This document shows positions 39,629 to 49,514 of a stretch of 64,000 nt of DNA, piece by piece. Source of the stretch: an uncultured Chloroflexia bacterium (GTDB lineage: Bacteria > Chloroflexota > Chloroflexia > Thermomicrobiales > UBA6265); NCBI GenBank assembly GCA_963724295.1, contig CAVRUC010000013.1, forward strand, positions 160,001 through 224,000. Reading direction: 5' to 3'. A program made the position numbers and the translations under genes. A model generated the notes under the pieces. It was not told the origin of the DNA. It did not search any database and worked only from the letters and a program-made list of their open reading frames with translations. Position 1 is the stretch's first letter. Each line of letters opens with the position of its first letter.

Positions 39629-41338
39629 TTACTCAGTTGGTCCGGCGAGCCACTCGCGGGCAGTCTCCGCGTCTCGCAGGCGCATCGCGAACACCCGCGC
39701 CAGATACGATGCCAGCTCTCCCTGCTGGTCCAAACGACCCCGGTATCCGAGGTATCCATCAGGCCGCACCAGAGCCACCAGGCCCTGCCGTGCTCCAAAT
39801 GCGTTGGCGACCTTACGGGCAGGATCAATCAACACCGTCTCCGCGGCGCCGCCCGTGGTCGCCGTGCCAAGCACGAGAAACGGGCCAACCGTATCGCCAA
39901 CAGCATCCTGGACCAGCCGGGCGACCCGCTCGAGCACGCCGGTTGCCTCTGCCGTAGCCTTGTCGCCCGGGAAGATGAGCAACGACCATCCTTCGGAGAT
40001 CAGGTCGAAAATCGCCACCGGCTCGCTGCTGTCGGCGTCAATCAGTGTGACATCGGGGACGCGGTCACCAGCCCGGAGTCCGCTGCAATGCCGATGCAGC
40101 CATCCGCGCGCGCCTTCTCGGTCGTCGGCATCGACCGAGAGGAAGGAGCCGCGATAGCCAATAGTCAGTTGCGAAACCGCGGCCAGGATGCGGCGGCGTA
40201 TGGAAGCGATACCGACTATCGCCGGGACAGCTTGTTCGCGCACAGCTCGCATCAGCGGATTCTGCGCCAGGAACAATCGGGTGCCTAGATGGGTTCCCCG
40301 CAGCACGCTCCGGGCAATCGGATGCCGCTCGGCCTGATAGGTGTCGAGCAGACCGGGGGCGGCCTGATCCCGCGCCGCCAGAGCCAGCTTCCAGCCAAGG
40401 TTGAACGCGTCCTGAATCCCCGTGTTCATCCCCTGGCCACCGACGGGGCTGTGGACGTGGGCGGCGTCGCCCGCGAGGAATACCGGGCCGACGCGATAGC
40501 GATCGGCCTGACGCCGTTGGATGCGGAAGGCCGAGGCCCAAATGGGATTCCCAACGCGGCGGAGAGGCACCCCCGTGCGTTGACCGAGAAAAATCTCGGC
40601 CTCGGCGGCGATCTCTGCTTCGGACTGATACTCCTTCGCCGCGTAGGCAGCTGGCAGCGGCACGATCACCCGGTACCGTCGCTCGCCGGGTAAGGGGATG
40701 GCGGCAACCAACCCATCGTCGCCGATCCAGATATGCCCTTCGTCGTGAGGCAGATCCCAATCGAGGTCAAGGTCCGCAAGCAGGAAGCGCTCCGGATAGG
40801 CCGCTCCCGCGAACCCGATCCCCGCCTCATGGCGAACCGTGCTATGCGCGCCATCGGCGCCGACCAGGAACCTCGTTTCTATCTCCGACGTGCCTCCGGG
40901 TCCCTGCAATGTCGCCGTAACCCGCTCTCCGTCCATCCGGAACCCGAGCAACTGCGTACTTCGTTCGACCCGCCCTCCGAGTTGCTCGAGTCGCTGCTCC
41001 AGCACCCGTTCGGTGTCGGACTCGTCCATGCTGATCAGCCGCGACGCACCCGGCAGGTCATCGAAAGAAATCCGGGCCAGCGTGCGGTCGCGCTCGGCAA
41101 ACCGAAGCGCCCGAGGTCGGGCCGACGGCTCCAGGGCCGACTCCGGAATTCCCATCACGCGGAACACTTCGACCGTGCGGGCTTGCGTTCCGATCGCCCG
41201 TGAGGTCTTTGTTCGCTCGGTCTCCCGGTCGATGATCCGGAACGGGACTCCCCGCCGCGCCAGCTCGACAGCCAGCGTCAGCCCCGTCGGTCCAGCGCCG
41301 ACGACGAGGATGTCGGGATCTCGGGCTGTTGTGGTCAT
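39629..41338 (-). CDS. FAD-dependent monooxygenase (PheA/TfdB-like)
   Basis: VVGAGPTGL, VGADGAHS, LAGDAAHVHSPVGGQGMNTGIQDA, LVRPDGY. Confidence 0.93.
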   Translation of the reverse strand: MTTTARDPDILVVGAGPTGLTLAVELARRGVPFRIIDRETERTKTSRAIGTQARTVEVFRVMGIPESALEPSARPRALRFAERDRTLARISFDDLPGASRLISMDESDTERVLEQRLEQLGGRVERSTQLLGFRMDGERVTATLQGPGGTSEIETRFLVGADGAHSTVRHEAGIGFAGAAYPERFLLADLDLDWDLPHDEGHIWIGDDGLVAAIPLPGERRYRVIVPLPAAYAAKEYQSEAEIAAEAEIFLGQRTGVPLRRVGNPIWASAFRIQRRQADRYRVGPVFLAGDAAHVHSPVGGQGMNTGIQDAFNLGWKLALAARDQAAPGLLDTYQAERHPIARSVLRGTHLGTRLFLAQNPLMRAVREQAVPAIVGIASIRRRILAAVSQLTIGYRGSFLSVDADDREGARGWLHRHCSGLRAGDRVPDVTLIDADSSEPVAIFDLISEGWSLLIFPGDKATAEATGVLERVARLVQDAVGDTVGPFLVLGTATTGGAAETVLIDPARKVANAFGARQGLVALVRPDGYLGYRGRLDQQGELASYLARVFAMRLRDAETAREWLAGPTE

Positions 41339-41342
41339 GACG

Positions 41343-41462
41343 AGGGTGATAGGGTGATAGGGTCATCGGGTGATAGGGAGAACGAAAGACCGTCTCCTTG
41401 ATCACCCTATCACCACGAGCGAAGCGAATAATCACCCTATCACCCATCACCCTCAATACCCT
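41343..41462. repeat. Intergenic inverted cluster of 8-bp GGGTGATA/TATCACCC repeats
   Basis: gggtgatagggtgatagggtcatcgggtgataggg ... atcaccctatcacc ... atcaccctatcacccatcaccct. Confidence 0.8.
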
Positions 41463-42415
41463 CGCCGCTTGTCCACCATATTCAGCAACGTCTCTCCTTG
41501 CGCAAAGCGCAGCAAGTTCTCTCGCAGGATCTCGACGCAACGGCGCTCCTTCTCGGTCGAATCGCCCGCGGTGTGCGGCGTAATGACCACGTTCGGCGCG
41601 TCCCAGAGCCGGCTGTCAGGGGGGAGGGGCTCGACTTCCGTGACGTCGATCCCCGCTCCAGCCAGCCGCCCCTGGTGCAATGCGTCGGCGAGCGCGTCTT
41701 CATCGACGATGCCGCCGCGGGAGACGACGATCAGATACGCGTCTGGCTTCATGCGGGCCAGTGCCTCTGCATCGATGAGGTGATAGGACTCCGCGGTAAG
41801 CGGCGCGGCGATGACGACGACGTCAGACTGCTCCAGCAGGTCCGGGAGCCGCGCCATGTCCCACGTCTCGACGACGAACGGAGCCCCCGGCTCGGGATGA
41901 GGATCGACTGCCAGGACTTCCATGTCGAAGCCGCGCGCTCGCTGCGCCACCCCACGACCGATCGCGCCGTATCCGACGATGCCCATGGTCGACCCGCGCA
42001 TCTCGCGGCTTGTTCGGTAGAGCTCGCGCCGTGCCCAGTAGTGATCCCGCTGAGCCTGGATGCTCTCGGGGATGTGTCGCGTCAAGGCAAAGAGCAGGGC
42101 GAAGGTGTGTTCGCCGATCGAGGGACCGTGTGCGCCGCGGGTGTTGGTGAGAACGATGTCGCTCTCCACCAATTCGGTCAAGTCCTGCAAGTAATTGACC
42201 CCGGCGCTAGGAGACTGAATCCAGCGCAGCGACTTGGCGGCGCGCAAGAGATCCGCGGTTGGGAACCCGTAGAGCACATCCGCGTCGCAGATCTCCGTTG
42301 CCAGTTCCTCCGGCGTGGAGACCTGGACGATCCGCAACCCTTCGACCTTGAGGTCATCAAGCAGCGCGAAATGCGGAGCGCCTTCTGTCTGCGTCAGCAC
42401 GACCTTCACGTTCAT
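41453..42415 (-). CDS. D-2-hydroxyacid dehydrogenase
   Basis: SAGVN, GIVGYGAIG, VSRGGIVDE, IDVTEVEPLP, TPHTAG. Confidence 0.92.
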   Translation of the reverse strand: MNVKVVLTQTEGAPHFALLDDLKVEGLRIVQVSTPEELATEICDADVLYGFPTADLLRAAKSLRWIQSPSAGVNYLQDLTELVESDIVLTNTRGAHGPSIGEHTFALLFALTRHIPESIQAQRDHYWARRELYRTSREMRGSTMGIVGYGAIGRGVAQRARGFDMEVLAVDPHPEPGAPFVVETWDMARLPDLLEQSDVVVIAAPLTAESYHLIDAEALARMKPDAYLIVVSRGGIVDEDALADALHQGRLAGAGIDVTEVEPLPPDSRLWDAPNVVITPHTAGDSTEKERRCVEILRENLLRFAQGETLLNMVDKRRGY

Positions 42416-42685
42416 TGTCTGTTGCCGTCTCCTTGTCTCGCCTCTGTGAATCGCGATCATCGGACACGCTCGCGGCACGCCACGACGCCGATCACTTCCT
42501 CGCTTGTCTCAATCGGGCGCGAGCCCGGTACAGTGTTGAATGGCAGGGTATCGCAAACTTCAGCCGCCGCCACTCCCTCGTATACGGAGGCGGTGTCACG
42601 ACGGTCATGGATCACGCGTCGATCAGGCAGTTGTGGCATGCCGCACAAACTCAGCATCATGCACAGCGGAGGATTCTCCAAGAAG

Positions 42686-43507
42686 ATGGCATTCCACCCG
42701 GTACTCGACGAGTATCTCGCCCAGTGGGGCCTGACGCCCGATGGGACGCCGCTGACGACCCTCACCAGCATCCTGTTGCCGGTGCTTCAAGTTCAGGATG
42801 GGGCTGCGGCCATGCTCAAGGTCGCCACCGAGGCAGAGGAGCGGCGAGGCGCCGAATCGATGATCTGGTGGGATGGCGACGGCGCGGCTCGTGTGCTCGC
42901 CCACGACGGCGATGCCCTGCTCATGGAGCGAGCCACGGGCGAACAATCGCTGGTCGAGATGGCTCGGAGCGGTCACGATGACGAGGCAAGCCGCATCATC
43001 TGTGCCGTGGCGGCCAGCCTGCACGCACCGCGTGATCGTCCCCGTCCCTCGACACTCGTGCCACTGACGCAGTGGTTCGCGGAGCTCAGGCCCGCTGCCG
43101 AGCGCCACGGTGGTCTCCTCAGCCTGGCTGCCGCGACGGCACGTGAGCTCCTGGACCAGCCTCGAGACGTCGCCGTGCTGCACGGCGACATCCACCACGG
43201 CAATATCCTCGACTTTGGCTCCCGGGGGTGGCTGGCGATCGACCCGAAGCATCTCATCGGCGAACGCGCCTTCGATTTCGTCAATATTCTTCGCAATCCG
43301 GACGCTCAGGTCGCGTTGGCCCCCGGCCGTTTTTCGAGACAGGTGACCGTGGTGGCTGACGCGGCTGGACTCGATCGTGCGCGCTTGCTGAAATGGACTC
43401 TGGCCTTCACTGGTCTCTCCGCCGCCTGGATTCTCGGCGACGGGAACCAACCCGCACTGGACCTCGCGGTGGCCGAGCTTGCGGCAGCCGAGCTCAGCCG
43501 AGCGTGA
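42686..43507 (+). CDS. APH(6)/StrB-like aminoglycoside phosphotransferase family protein
   Basis: AMLK....EE..G...M.WW.GDGAARVL, LLMERA, LHGDIHHGNILDFG.RGWLAIDPK.LIGER.FD. Confidence 0.88.
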   Translation: MAFHPVLDEYLAQWGLTPDGTPLTTLTSILLPVLQVQDGAAAMLKVATEAEERRGAESMIWWDGDGAARVLAHDGDALLMERATGEQSLVEMARSGHDDEASRIICAVAASLHAPRDRPRPSTLVPLTQWFAELRPAAERHGGLLSLAAATARELLDQPRDVAVLHGDIHHGNILDFGSRGWLAIDPKHLIGERAFDFVNILRNPDAQVALAPGRFSRQVTVVADAAGLDRARLLKWTLAFTGLSAAWILGDGNQPALDLAVAELAAAELSRA

Positions 43508-43534
43508 TCTCCAACAGCCCGTCGGCCGTCGTAC

Positions 43535-43566
43535 CTCCGACTCCCGACTTCCGACTCCCGACTCGT
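43535..43566. repeat. Heptamer tandem repeat (CCGACTC/CCGACTT, 4 copies)
   Basis: ctccgactcccgacttccgactcccgactcg between convergent genes. Confidence 0.7.
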
Positions 43567-44397
43567 CTAGTACCGCACCGCCGCCCCGGCTACGCCGTCG
43601 CCGATCTCCACCGCGTCGGCCCGCGTCCAGTTCAGCTCCGCCAGGTCCGCGCGCAGCCCGGAGAGCATGTATCGCAGCTCGCTGGCCAACGCACAGAACT
43701 GGAAGCCCTCGGCGATGCGTTGGTTGACACCAGCCGCGCCCGAGGTGTGGATGCCCGGTGCCACGCCGTTGCGCACACAGGCATTGCGAATCTCGGCGAT
43801 GGCTTCTACTAAGCGCGGTTCATCGCTCTCGAGGGGTACGCCGAGTCCCATGCCCATCGAGGCGGCGAGATCGTTTGGTCCAATGAAGCAGGCGTCGACC
43901 CCCGGCACGCTCAGAATGGCGTCGGCGTTCTCCACTCCCTGAATGTGCTCGATCTGAAGCACGACCAGGATCTGGTCGTTCGCGTTGCGGAAATACTCCT
44001 CGGCTCCGGCATCGAACGACATCGGGAAGCGCCCGCCGCCGACGCTGCGGCTCCCATCGGGGTAGTAGCGGGCCGCCGAGACGGCCTGCTCGGCCTCTTC
44101 CCGGGAGTTGACCATCGGCACGACCACGCCCCAGGCGCCAGCATCGAGCACCCGCTTGAAGTTCTCGGGGCTATTCCACGGGATACGCACCATCGGGGCG
44201 GTACTGCTGGCGGCCATCGCCGCGAACATCTGGGCCAGGGTCCGGATATCGACCGGGTTGTGCTCGGTATCGACCACCAGCCAGTCGAAGTCAAGGCGAC
44301 TGACGTATTCCGCGGCCTCGGGCGAGGGGAGAGACAGCCAGGTGCCGATCGACGGCTCCCCGGCCGCGAGTCGTCGCCGAACATGGTTTGCGCGCAC
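43567..44397 (-). CDS. HpcH/HpaI aldolase family
   Basis: DWLVVDTEH, VRIP, KRVLDAGA.GVVVP, QIE, FIGPNDL. Confidence 0.92.
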   Translation of the reverse strand: MRANHVRRRLAAGEPSIGTWLSLPSPEAAEYVSRLDFDWLVVDTEHNPVDIRTLAQMFAAMAASSTAPMVRIPWNSPENFKRVLDAGAWGVVVPMVNSREEAEQAVSAARYYPDGSRSVGGGRFPMSFDAGAEEYFRNANDQILVVLQIEHIQGVENADAILSVPGVDACFIGPNDLAASMGMGLGVPLESDEPRLVEAIAEIRNACVRNGVAPGIHTSGAAGVNQRIAEGFQFCALASELRYMLSGLRADLAELNWTRADAVEIGDGVAGAAVRY

Positions 44398-44413
44398 GGT
44401 TGGTCTCCTTCGG

Positions 44414-45661
44414 TTATTGGCGGGTCTGGACGCTGCCAGTCATGTTGGGCATGCTCGACCATTGCAACGCTTCTTCGGACTCGATCTTGTCGGGATCGAT
44501 CTCGACGCCCAAACCGGGGCGGTCGGAGACGGAGATCATGCCGTCGACGGGTTTGACCGGCTCCTGCCAGAAGAACTGGAGCAGCTCGTTCCACTTCACG
44601 AGGTACTCGACCATCGGGGCGAGCAACTCCGGGGTTGCCATGGTCAGATGGGTGTTGGCCGGCACGGAGTGGCCATGGGCGATCACCGGGATGTCGTAGG
44701 TAGAGGCCAGGGTGCAGATCTTCACCATCTCGGAGAGACCACCCGCCCAGAACGTATCCGCCTGCAAGACATCCGCCGCGCCCGCGTCGAGGAGCGCTTT
44801 TTGGCCCCAGCGGGTGTACTCGTGCTCGCCCGTGGCGATTGGGACCGGCGACAGATGCCGGATCTCCGCACAGAGCTCGATCTTGTCGGGCATCACCGGC
44901 TCCTCGATCCAGCGGATATCGAGGTGGGCCACGCGGCGAGCGAACTCGAGGGTGTAGGGCCGGTTCCAGGTCATCCAGGCGTCGAGCATGATATCGACGT
45001 CCGGACCGGCCGCGTCACGCAGCGTCTCGGCCAGCTCGATGTTGCGCGCCATGCCCTCGCGGCCATCGGTCGGTCCCCAGCGAGGGAACCATTTCAGCGC
45101 GCGGAATCCTTCGGCCACCTTCTCGCGAGTCCGCTTGTGAGCGAGCTCGGGTTCGATGCTGTAGCCAAGCATGGAGGCATAGGCGGGAGCCGAGGGTCGC
45201 ACGGGGCCACCCAGGAGACGGTAGACGGGCTGCTGCAGCCATCGCCCCTTGAGGTCCCAGAGCGCGCAGTCGATGGCGCTGATGGCCATCATCGTCGTGC
45301 CCTTGCGACCATGCACCGCCTCGCGGTACATCAGATCCCAGGCACGCTCGGTGGCGAGCGGATCGATATCCTGGAGCAGACCGCGGAATTCGCGATCGAT
45401 GACCCAGGCGACCTCGTGGGGGATTGGTCCGGCCAGACCGGTGACACCCTCGTCGGTATCGATCTCGAGAAAGACCGAGATGACGCGGGACCGCCCGGGT
45501 TCGATCGGTTGCGGCATCCAGTAGCCGTCGGCGGCTGTCCGCGCCTTGTGCTCGGGGTAGACGTCGATCGGCCGCGCCAGCCGCTCCTCCCAGAACGGCT
45601 GCTCGTGCTCCATGATGCCGGTCAGCTGCCGCAGCCGCAGACCCGTGATCCGCACGTCCAT
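44414..45661 (-). CDS. Mandelate racemase/enolase-superfamily sugar-acid dehydratase (rhamnonate dehydratase-like)
   Basis: AISAIDCALWDLKG...PVYRLLGG, MLDAW, WIEEP, ATGEHEYT, W.GG. Confidence 0.9.
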   Translation of the reverse strand: MDVRITGLRLRQLTGIMEHEQPFWEERLARPIDVYPEHKARTAADGYWMPQPIEPGRSRVISVFLEIDTDEGVTGLAGPIPHEVAWVIDREFRGLLQDIDPLATERAWDLMYREAVHGRKGTTMMAISAIDCALWDLKGRWLQQPVYRLLGGPVRPSAPAYASMLGYSIEPELAHKRTREKVAEGFRALKWFPRWGPTDGREGMARNIELAETLRDAAGPDVDIMLDAWMTWNRPYTLEFARRVAHLDIRWIEEPVMPDKIELCAEIRHLSPVPIATGEHEYTRWGQKALLDAGAADVLQADTFWAGGLSEMVKICTLASTYDIPVIAHGHSVPANTHLTMATPELLAPMVEYLVKWNELLQFFWQEPVKPVDGMISVSDRPGLGVEIDPDKIESEEALQWSSMPNMTGSVQTRQ

Positions 45662-45927
45662 CCCCTCCCGGCCGGCCTGACCGGATATCCGGCAATCAAG
45701 CCGTCAAGACCCTCTCTTCAGCGAGGGATGATGGTAGCGGTCTCGTTGGGGACTGTCTACAAACGATCGCCCTTCATTCCCGGCACGTCTCTTCCTCTAG
45801 ACCCTCGAAGCGGGGAGAAGCGAGCACGCACGTCGCTCGGGGCACAAACGCAACTACTGAGTCGCTGGCGAATCAGTGCTGGGCCAAATGCTGATTCCTC
45901 CGCGACGCAGTTACTGCGATGCGGCAA

Positions 45928-47289
45928 CTACCACCAGCTTGCCAGCCACATGCGCAGATCGACCTGCTCTGGACTAAGGGGAATCGCGGTATGGATGGGA
46001 TAGAACCAGGCGAAAGTGGCAACCACGGCAAGCGCATAACCAGCCGCGGCCACGCGAGGCACCCCACCCCGCCTCCAGGCGCCGGTGAGAACGAGCGCGA
46101 TGGCGACGCAGCCAAGCGGAACCACGGGCATGAAGTGGTAGATAAACGTGCCGCGTGGGGAGAATGCCCAGGGCAGCCATTGCCCGAAGAACCCGATGAC
46201 GAGGATCAGCACCGCCGTGGAGCGCCGGCCCCACCAGTCGATGAGCACCCAGGCAACGGCGATAACCATGGGCCAGTACAGAAGCGGGTTGCCATTGGCG
46301 AAGACAAAGGCGCCCTCTCGCCGGCGTTCCTCGACGAAGTACCACACCCCGCGCGCCGCCAGCGGCCATTGCCACCATGGCGAAGAATCGTCGTGGACGA
46401 CGCCCAGGTTGCGGTGGTAGGCAAGCATGTCCCGGTGTAAGGCGATGAAATCTGTCCAGTCGTGGCCTGTAAGCCAGAAGTGCAGGTACGACGCCAGGTA
46501 GATGGCGAGCGGGAGTGCCACCAGCGCGATCGGCGCCCAGAGGAGATGAGCTCGTAGCCCGGCCTGAACCTCTGGCGCCGGGTTCTGGTTCGTCTCGCGT
46601 GCGAGGCGCCAAAGCTGAATCGTTCGCCAGCAAACGACCGACCCGATGAGGACGGCGAGGGCGATGCCGCTCCATTTGGTCGCCATCCCAAGTCCGATGA
46701 ACAGGCCCGTTGCCAGGAGTGGCGGGCCTACGCGCTCCGGCGACACCGTCAGCACGCGGTAAAGCGCGAGGAGGGCGGCGTTAGCGAAGACGAGCACGAA
46801 CAGGTTGGACATGCCGGTCCGTGATTCGACCAGGTACAGACCGTCCATCAGGAGCAGTCCGGCAGCCGCCCCGCTCGTAGCACGGCTGCCCGTCAGTGAG
46901 AGCGCCAGGAGATAGGCAACGACTACGCCCGCAACCCCGAACACGACGCTCGCGATACGCCATCCAAGCGGGTTGTCACCGGCGACAAGGATGCCTCCGG
47001 CAATAAACAGCTTGGCCAGTGGCGGGTGGGTCCACTCGATGGCCGGGTCCTCGCGGGGCGGTATCTCTGTGCTGTAGGCCTCGTCACCGGCGACGTACTT
47101 CCCTGCCGTGTAGGCGTAATAGAGCTCGTCGAAGACATAGACAGCCGGAGTCGTCAGGCGGGGCAGGGAGAGGGCGAGCGCAAGTACGATGAGCGCCAGC
47201 GGGATGACCGCGGCACGCCACCTTGCTCCATAACCACGCGCTTCGTGATCGAATCGGGACAGGGCCGGGTTGGCGCCCACTGGCAGCAT
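45928..47289 (-). CDS. Phospholipid-carrier-dependent glycosyltransferase (PMT, protein O-mannosyltransferase family)
   Basis: FDELYY, HPPLAK, GWR, ESR, TKWSG, H...S.WWQWP, GNPLL.W, FIYHFMP. Confidence 0.88.
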   Translation of the reverse strand: MLPVGANPALSRFDHEARGYGARWRAAVIPLALIVLALALSLPRLTTPAVYVFDELYYAYTAGKYVAGDEAYSTEIPPREDPAIEWTHPPLAKLFIAGGILVAGDNPLGWRIASVVFGVAGVVVAYLLALSLTGSRATSGAAAGLLLMDGLYLVESRTGMSNLFVLVFANAALLALYRVLTVSPERVGPPLLATGLFIGLGMATKWSGIALAVLIGSVVCWRTIQLWRLARETNQNPAPEVQAGLRAHLLWAPIALVALPLAIYLASYLHFWLTGHDWTDFIALHRDMLAYHRNLGVVHDDSSPWWQWPLAARGVWYFVEERRREGAFVFANGNPLLYWPMVIAVAWVLIDWWGRRSTAVLILVIGFFGQWLPWAFSPRGTFIYHFMPVVPLGCVAIALVLTGAWRRGGVPRVAAAGYALAVVATFAWFYPIHTAIPLSPEQVDLRMWLASWW

Positions 47290-47292
47290 GAC

Positions 47293-47330
47293 GTCGCGGG
47301 TGGGAAAGCGTGCACGCTCCCACCCGCGAC
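47293..47330. other. Perfect 13-bp GC-rich hairpin just upstream of the PMT start
   Basis: GTCGCGGGTGGGA (47293-47305) pairs with TCCCACCCGCGAC (47318-47330). Confidence 0.7.
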
Positions 47331-47470
47331 ACTCCCAACCCGCCGGCTGTTCGAGCCGGGGAAGGATTCCAGAGAACGGCTAATCGTCGTCGCCCTGCCA
47401 GGCCAGCGCACGACCCAGCGCGGCGCCGTCAAGTCCGGCGGCCGGCGACCCGGCATCTCCGGCCGGACCG

Positions 47471-47791
47471 TTAGTCATCGTCCCAGACGTCATCATCCCA
47501 GTCGTCATCCCACCCGGAACCGCCGGAGCCGCCGGAACCACCGCTCCCGCCGCTACCGGTGAAGACCACGTCGTCGTCCCAACCGCTACCGCCCGAGCCA
47601 CCCGATGCGACAAAGCCGCCACTTGGAGCAAAGACGTCGTCGTCCCATCCATCGTCATCGTGTGCCAACGCACCCGACAACCCCGCGCCAGCGAATCCGA
47701 TGATGCCGAGCGCGGCGACAGCGACTTTTGCGAATCGGCGCCGAGAAACTGATCGGCCGCTCTCGAAATTCACGTGAGAACCTTGAATCAT
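47471..47791 (-). CDS. Small Tat-signal protein with WDDD and SGG repeats
   Basis: AAGGAG RBS; SRRRFAK plus hydrophobic core plus ALA; mature part HDDDGWDDDVFAPSGG...GWDDDVVFTGSGG...GWDDDWDDDVWDDD. Confidence 0.7.
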   Translation of the reverse strand: MIQGSHVNFESGRSVSRRRFAKVAVAALGIIGFAGAGLSGALAHDDDGWDDDVFAPSGGFVASGGSGGSGWDDDVVFTGSGGSGGSGGSGGSGWDDDWDDDVWDDD

Positions 47792-48086
47792 GCGACGCTC
47801 CTTTGATCGATTCCGCTTCCCTTGCCGCCATCGGCAAGACCGAACCCGATTCGGCCGGTCGGGAGTGAAGGCGACCTGTTTATCGCCGTCCCTACCTCCG
47901 TGGCCCCAGCACACCGCGTGGGGCTTGCATGTCTCAGTATCAGCACCGGCAACCCGCTCGGTAACCGGCGAAGGTCTACGTTCGTGGCCCGACCTTGGAC
48001 CGCGCTGGGGTCCGACTTTGGTCGGATGGGATGACCTCCTCCCCATGCCATACTCGGGAACCAGATGAGAGAAGGCGACCTACGGA

Positions 48087-49514
48087 ATGGATGCCAACGC
48101 GCGTTTGGGGATCGAGCGGCTCAGCCCAGCACAGCGATTCATGCTGGGGAGTCTCGCCATCCTCGCCATCGGCATGGCTGGTATCGGCGCGTGGGTCACG
48201 AGTCAGATCAAGGAGGGTGTCGTCGACCGCACAGCGGCGACGACGGCGCTCTACGTCGATAGCCTGGTCGCTCCGCCGCTGCAAGACCTGACCGAGGCAA
48301 ACGCGCTCACCCCTGAATCCATCGATCGACTTGACTGGCTGTTCGAAGACACCCCGCTTGGCCAGGAAGTGGTCGTCTTTCAGGTCTGGGATCCCACCGG
48401 CCAGATTGTCTACAGCACCGTCCCGAGTCTGGTCGGTCAGCAATTTCAGGTCGAGGAAGAGCTCGCTCGCGCGCTCACGGGTGAGGTTTCCGCACATATT
48501 GGTGAGCCCGAAGGTGCGGGCGAGCTACCGCCTGACATCCCGCATGACGATCTGATCGAGATCTACAGCCCGATCCGCGGCCGCAGCACCGGCGAGGTGA
48601 TCGCGGCCGCCGAGTTCTACTACGCCACCGATGCCCTGGCGGGCGATGTCGCCGCGGCGCAGCGCAGAAGCTGGTTGGTGGTGGGTGGAGCCACGGTCGT
48701 CATCTATGTGCTGCTAGCAACCTTTATCCAACGTATCAGCAATACCGTTCGCCGCCAGCAGCGGAAGCTCAGCGATCAAGTTACCCGGCTGACCGAGGTC
48801 GTCCAGCAGAATCAGGAGCTCCACGAGCGGGTACGCGGGGCGGCGGCCCGCACTGCTGCACTCAATGAGCGATTCCTGCGCCGGTTCAGTGCCGAGCTAC
48901 ACGATGGCCCGGCACAAGAGATCAGCCTGGCATTGTTGCGGCTGGACCACCTGGCTGCACTGGCAGGCGCCGGCCAATGCGACGGGTCGGTGAAGGCTGA
49001 GATCGATCGTGAGTTGGAAGTGATCCAGGGCAGCCTGCGGAGATCGCTCAAGGACGTTCGCGCTACCTCCAGCGGTTTGCTCTTGCCCCATCTCGGCGGG
49101 CTGACTGTTGCCCAGACGCTCGAGCATGTCGTGCGCGGCCACCAGCGACGAACCGGTCTGGCGGCTGAGATCGTACAACGCGATCTTCCCGCCCAGGCGC
49201 CGCTGGCCACGAAGATCGCGTTGTACCGAATTGTCCAGGAGGCGCTGAACAACGCCTGGCGGCATGCCGAGGGCGCGGTGCCGAGGGTCACGGTTACCGA
49301 GGCTGATGACCGGCTCGTCGTCGAGGTCGCCGATCCTGGCCCCGGCTTCGATCCAGCAGTCGTCCAGGGATCAGAAGCGCACCTGGGCCTCGTCAGCATG
49401 CGTGAGCGGGCCGAGAGCCTGGGCGGTCAGTTCAACGTCGACAGCGCGCCGGGAAGAGGCACCCGCGCCGTTGCAACGCTCCCATTGGGGAATACGGGAG
49501 GTCCTGATGCCTGA
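48087..49514 (+). CDS. Sensor histidine kinase (HisKA_3)
   Basis: Two TM helices; ELHDGPAQ, YRIVQEALNNA.RHA, D.GPGFD, GLVSMRERAE. Confidence 0.93.
   Translation: MDANARLGIERLSPAQRFMLGSLAILAIGMAGIGAWVTSQIKEGVVDRTAATTALYVDSLVAPPLQDLTEANALTPESIDRLDWLFEDTPLGQEVVVFQVWDPTGQIVYSTVPSLVGQQFQVEEELARALTGEVSAHIGEPEGAGELPPDIPHDDLIEIYSPIRGRSTGEVIAAAEFYYATDALAGDVAAAQRRSWLVVGGATVVIYVLLATFIQRISNTVRRQQRKLSDQVTRLTEVVQQNQELHERVRGAAARTAALNERFLRRFSAELHDGPAQEISLALLRLDHLAALAGAGQCDGSVKAEIDRELEVIQGSLRRSLKDVRATSSGLLLPHLGGLTVAQTLEHVVRGHQRRTGLAAEIVQRDLPAQAPLATKIALYRIVQEALNNAWRHAEGAVPRVTVTEADDRLVVEVADPGPGFDPAVVQGSEAHLGLVSMRERAESLGGQFNVDSAPGRGTRAVATLPLGNTGGPDA

Noticed and set aside
41498..42685. 669-aa ORF as an N-terminally extended APH
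   Set aside because: The extension is antisense to the dehydrogenase; APH similarity begins near ATG 42686, which has a GGAGG upstream.
44108..46003. 631-aa plus-strand ORF
   Set aside because: Antisense shadow of the enolase and aldolase genes, common in high-GC DNA.
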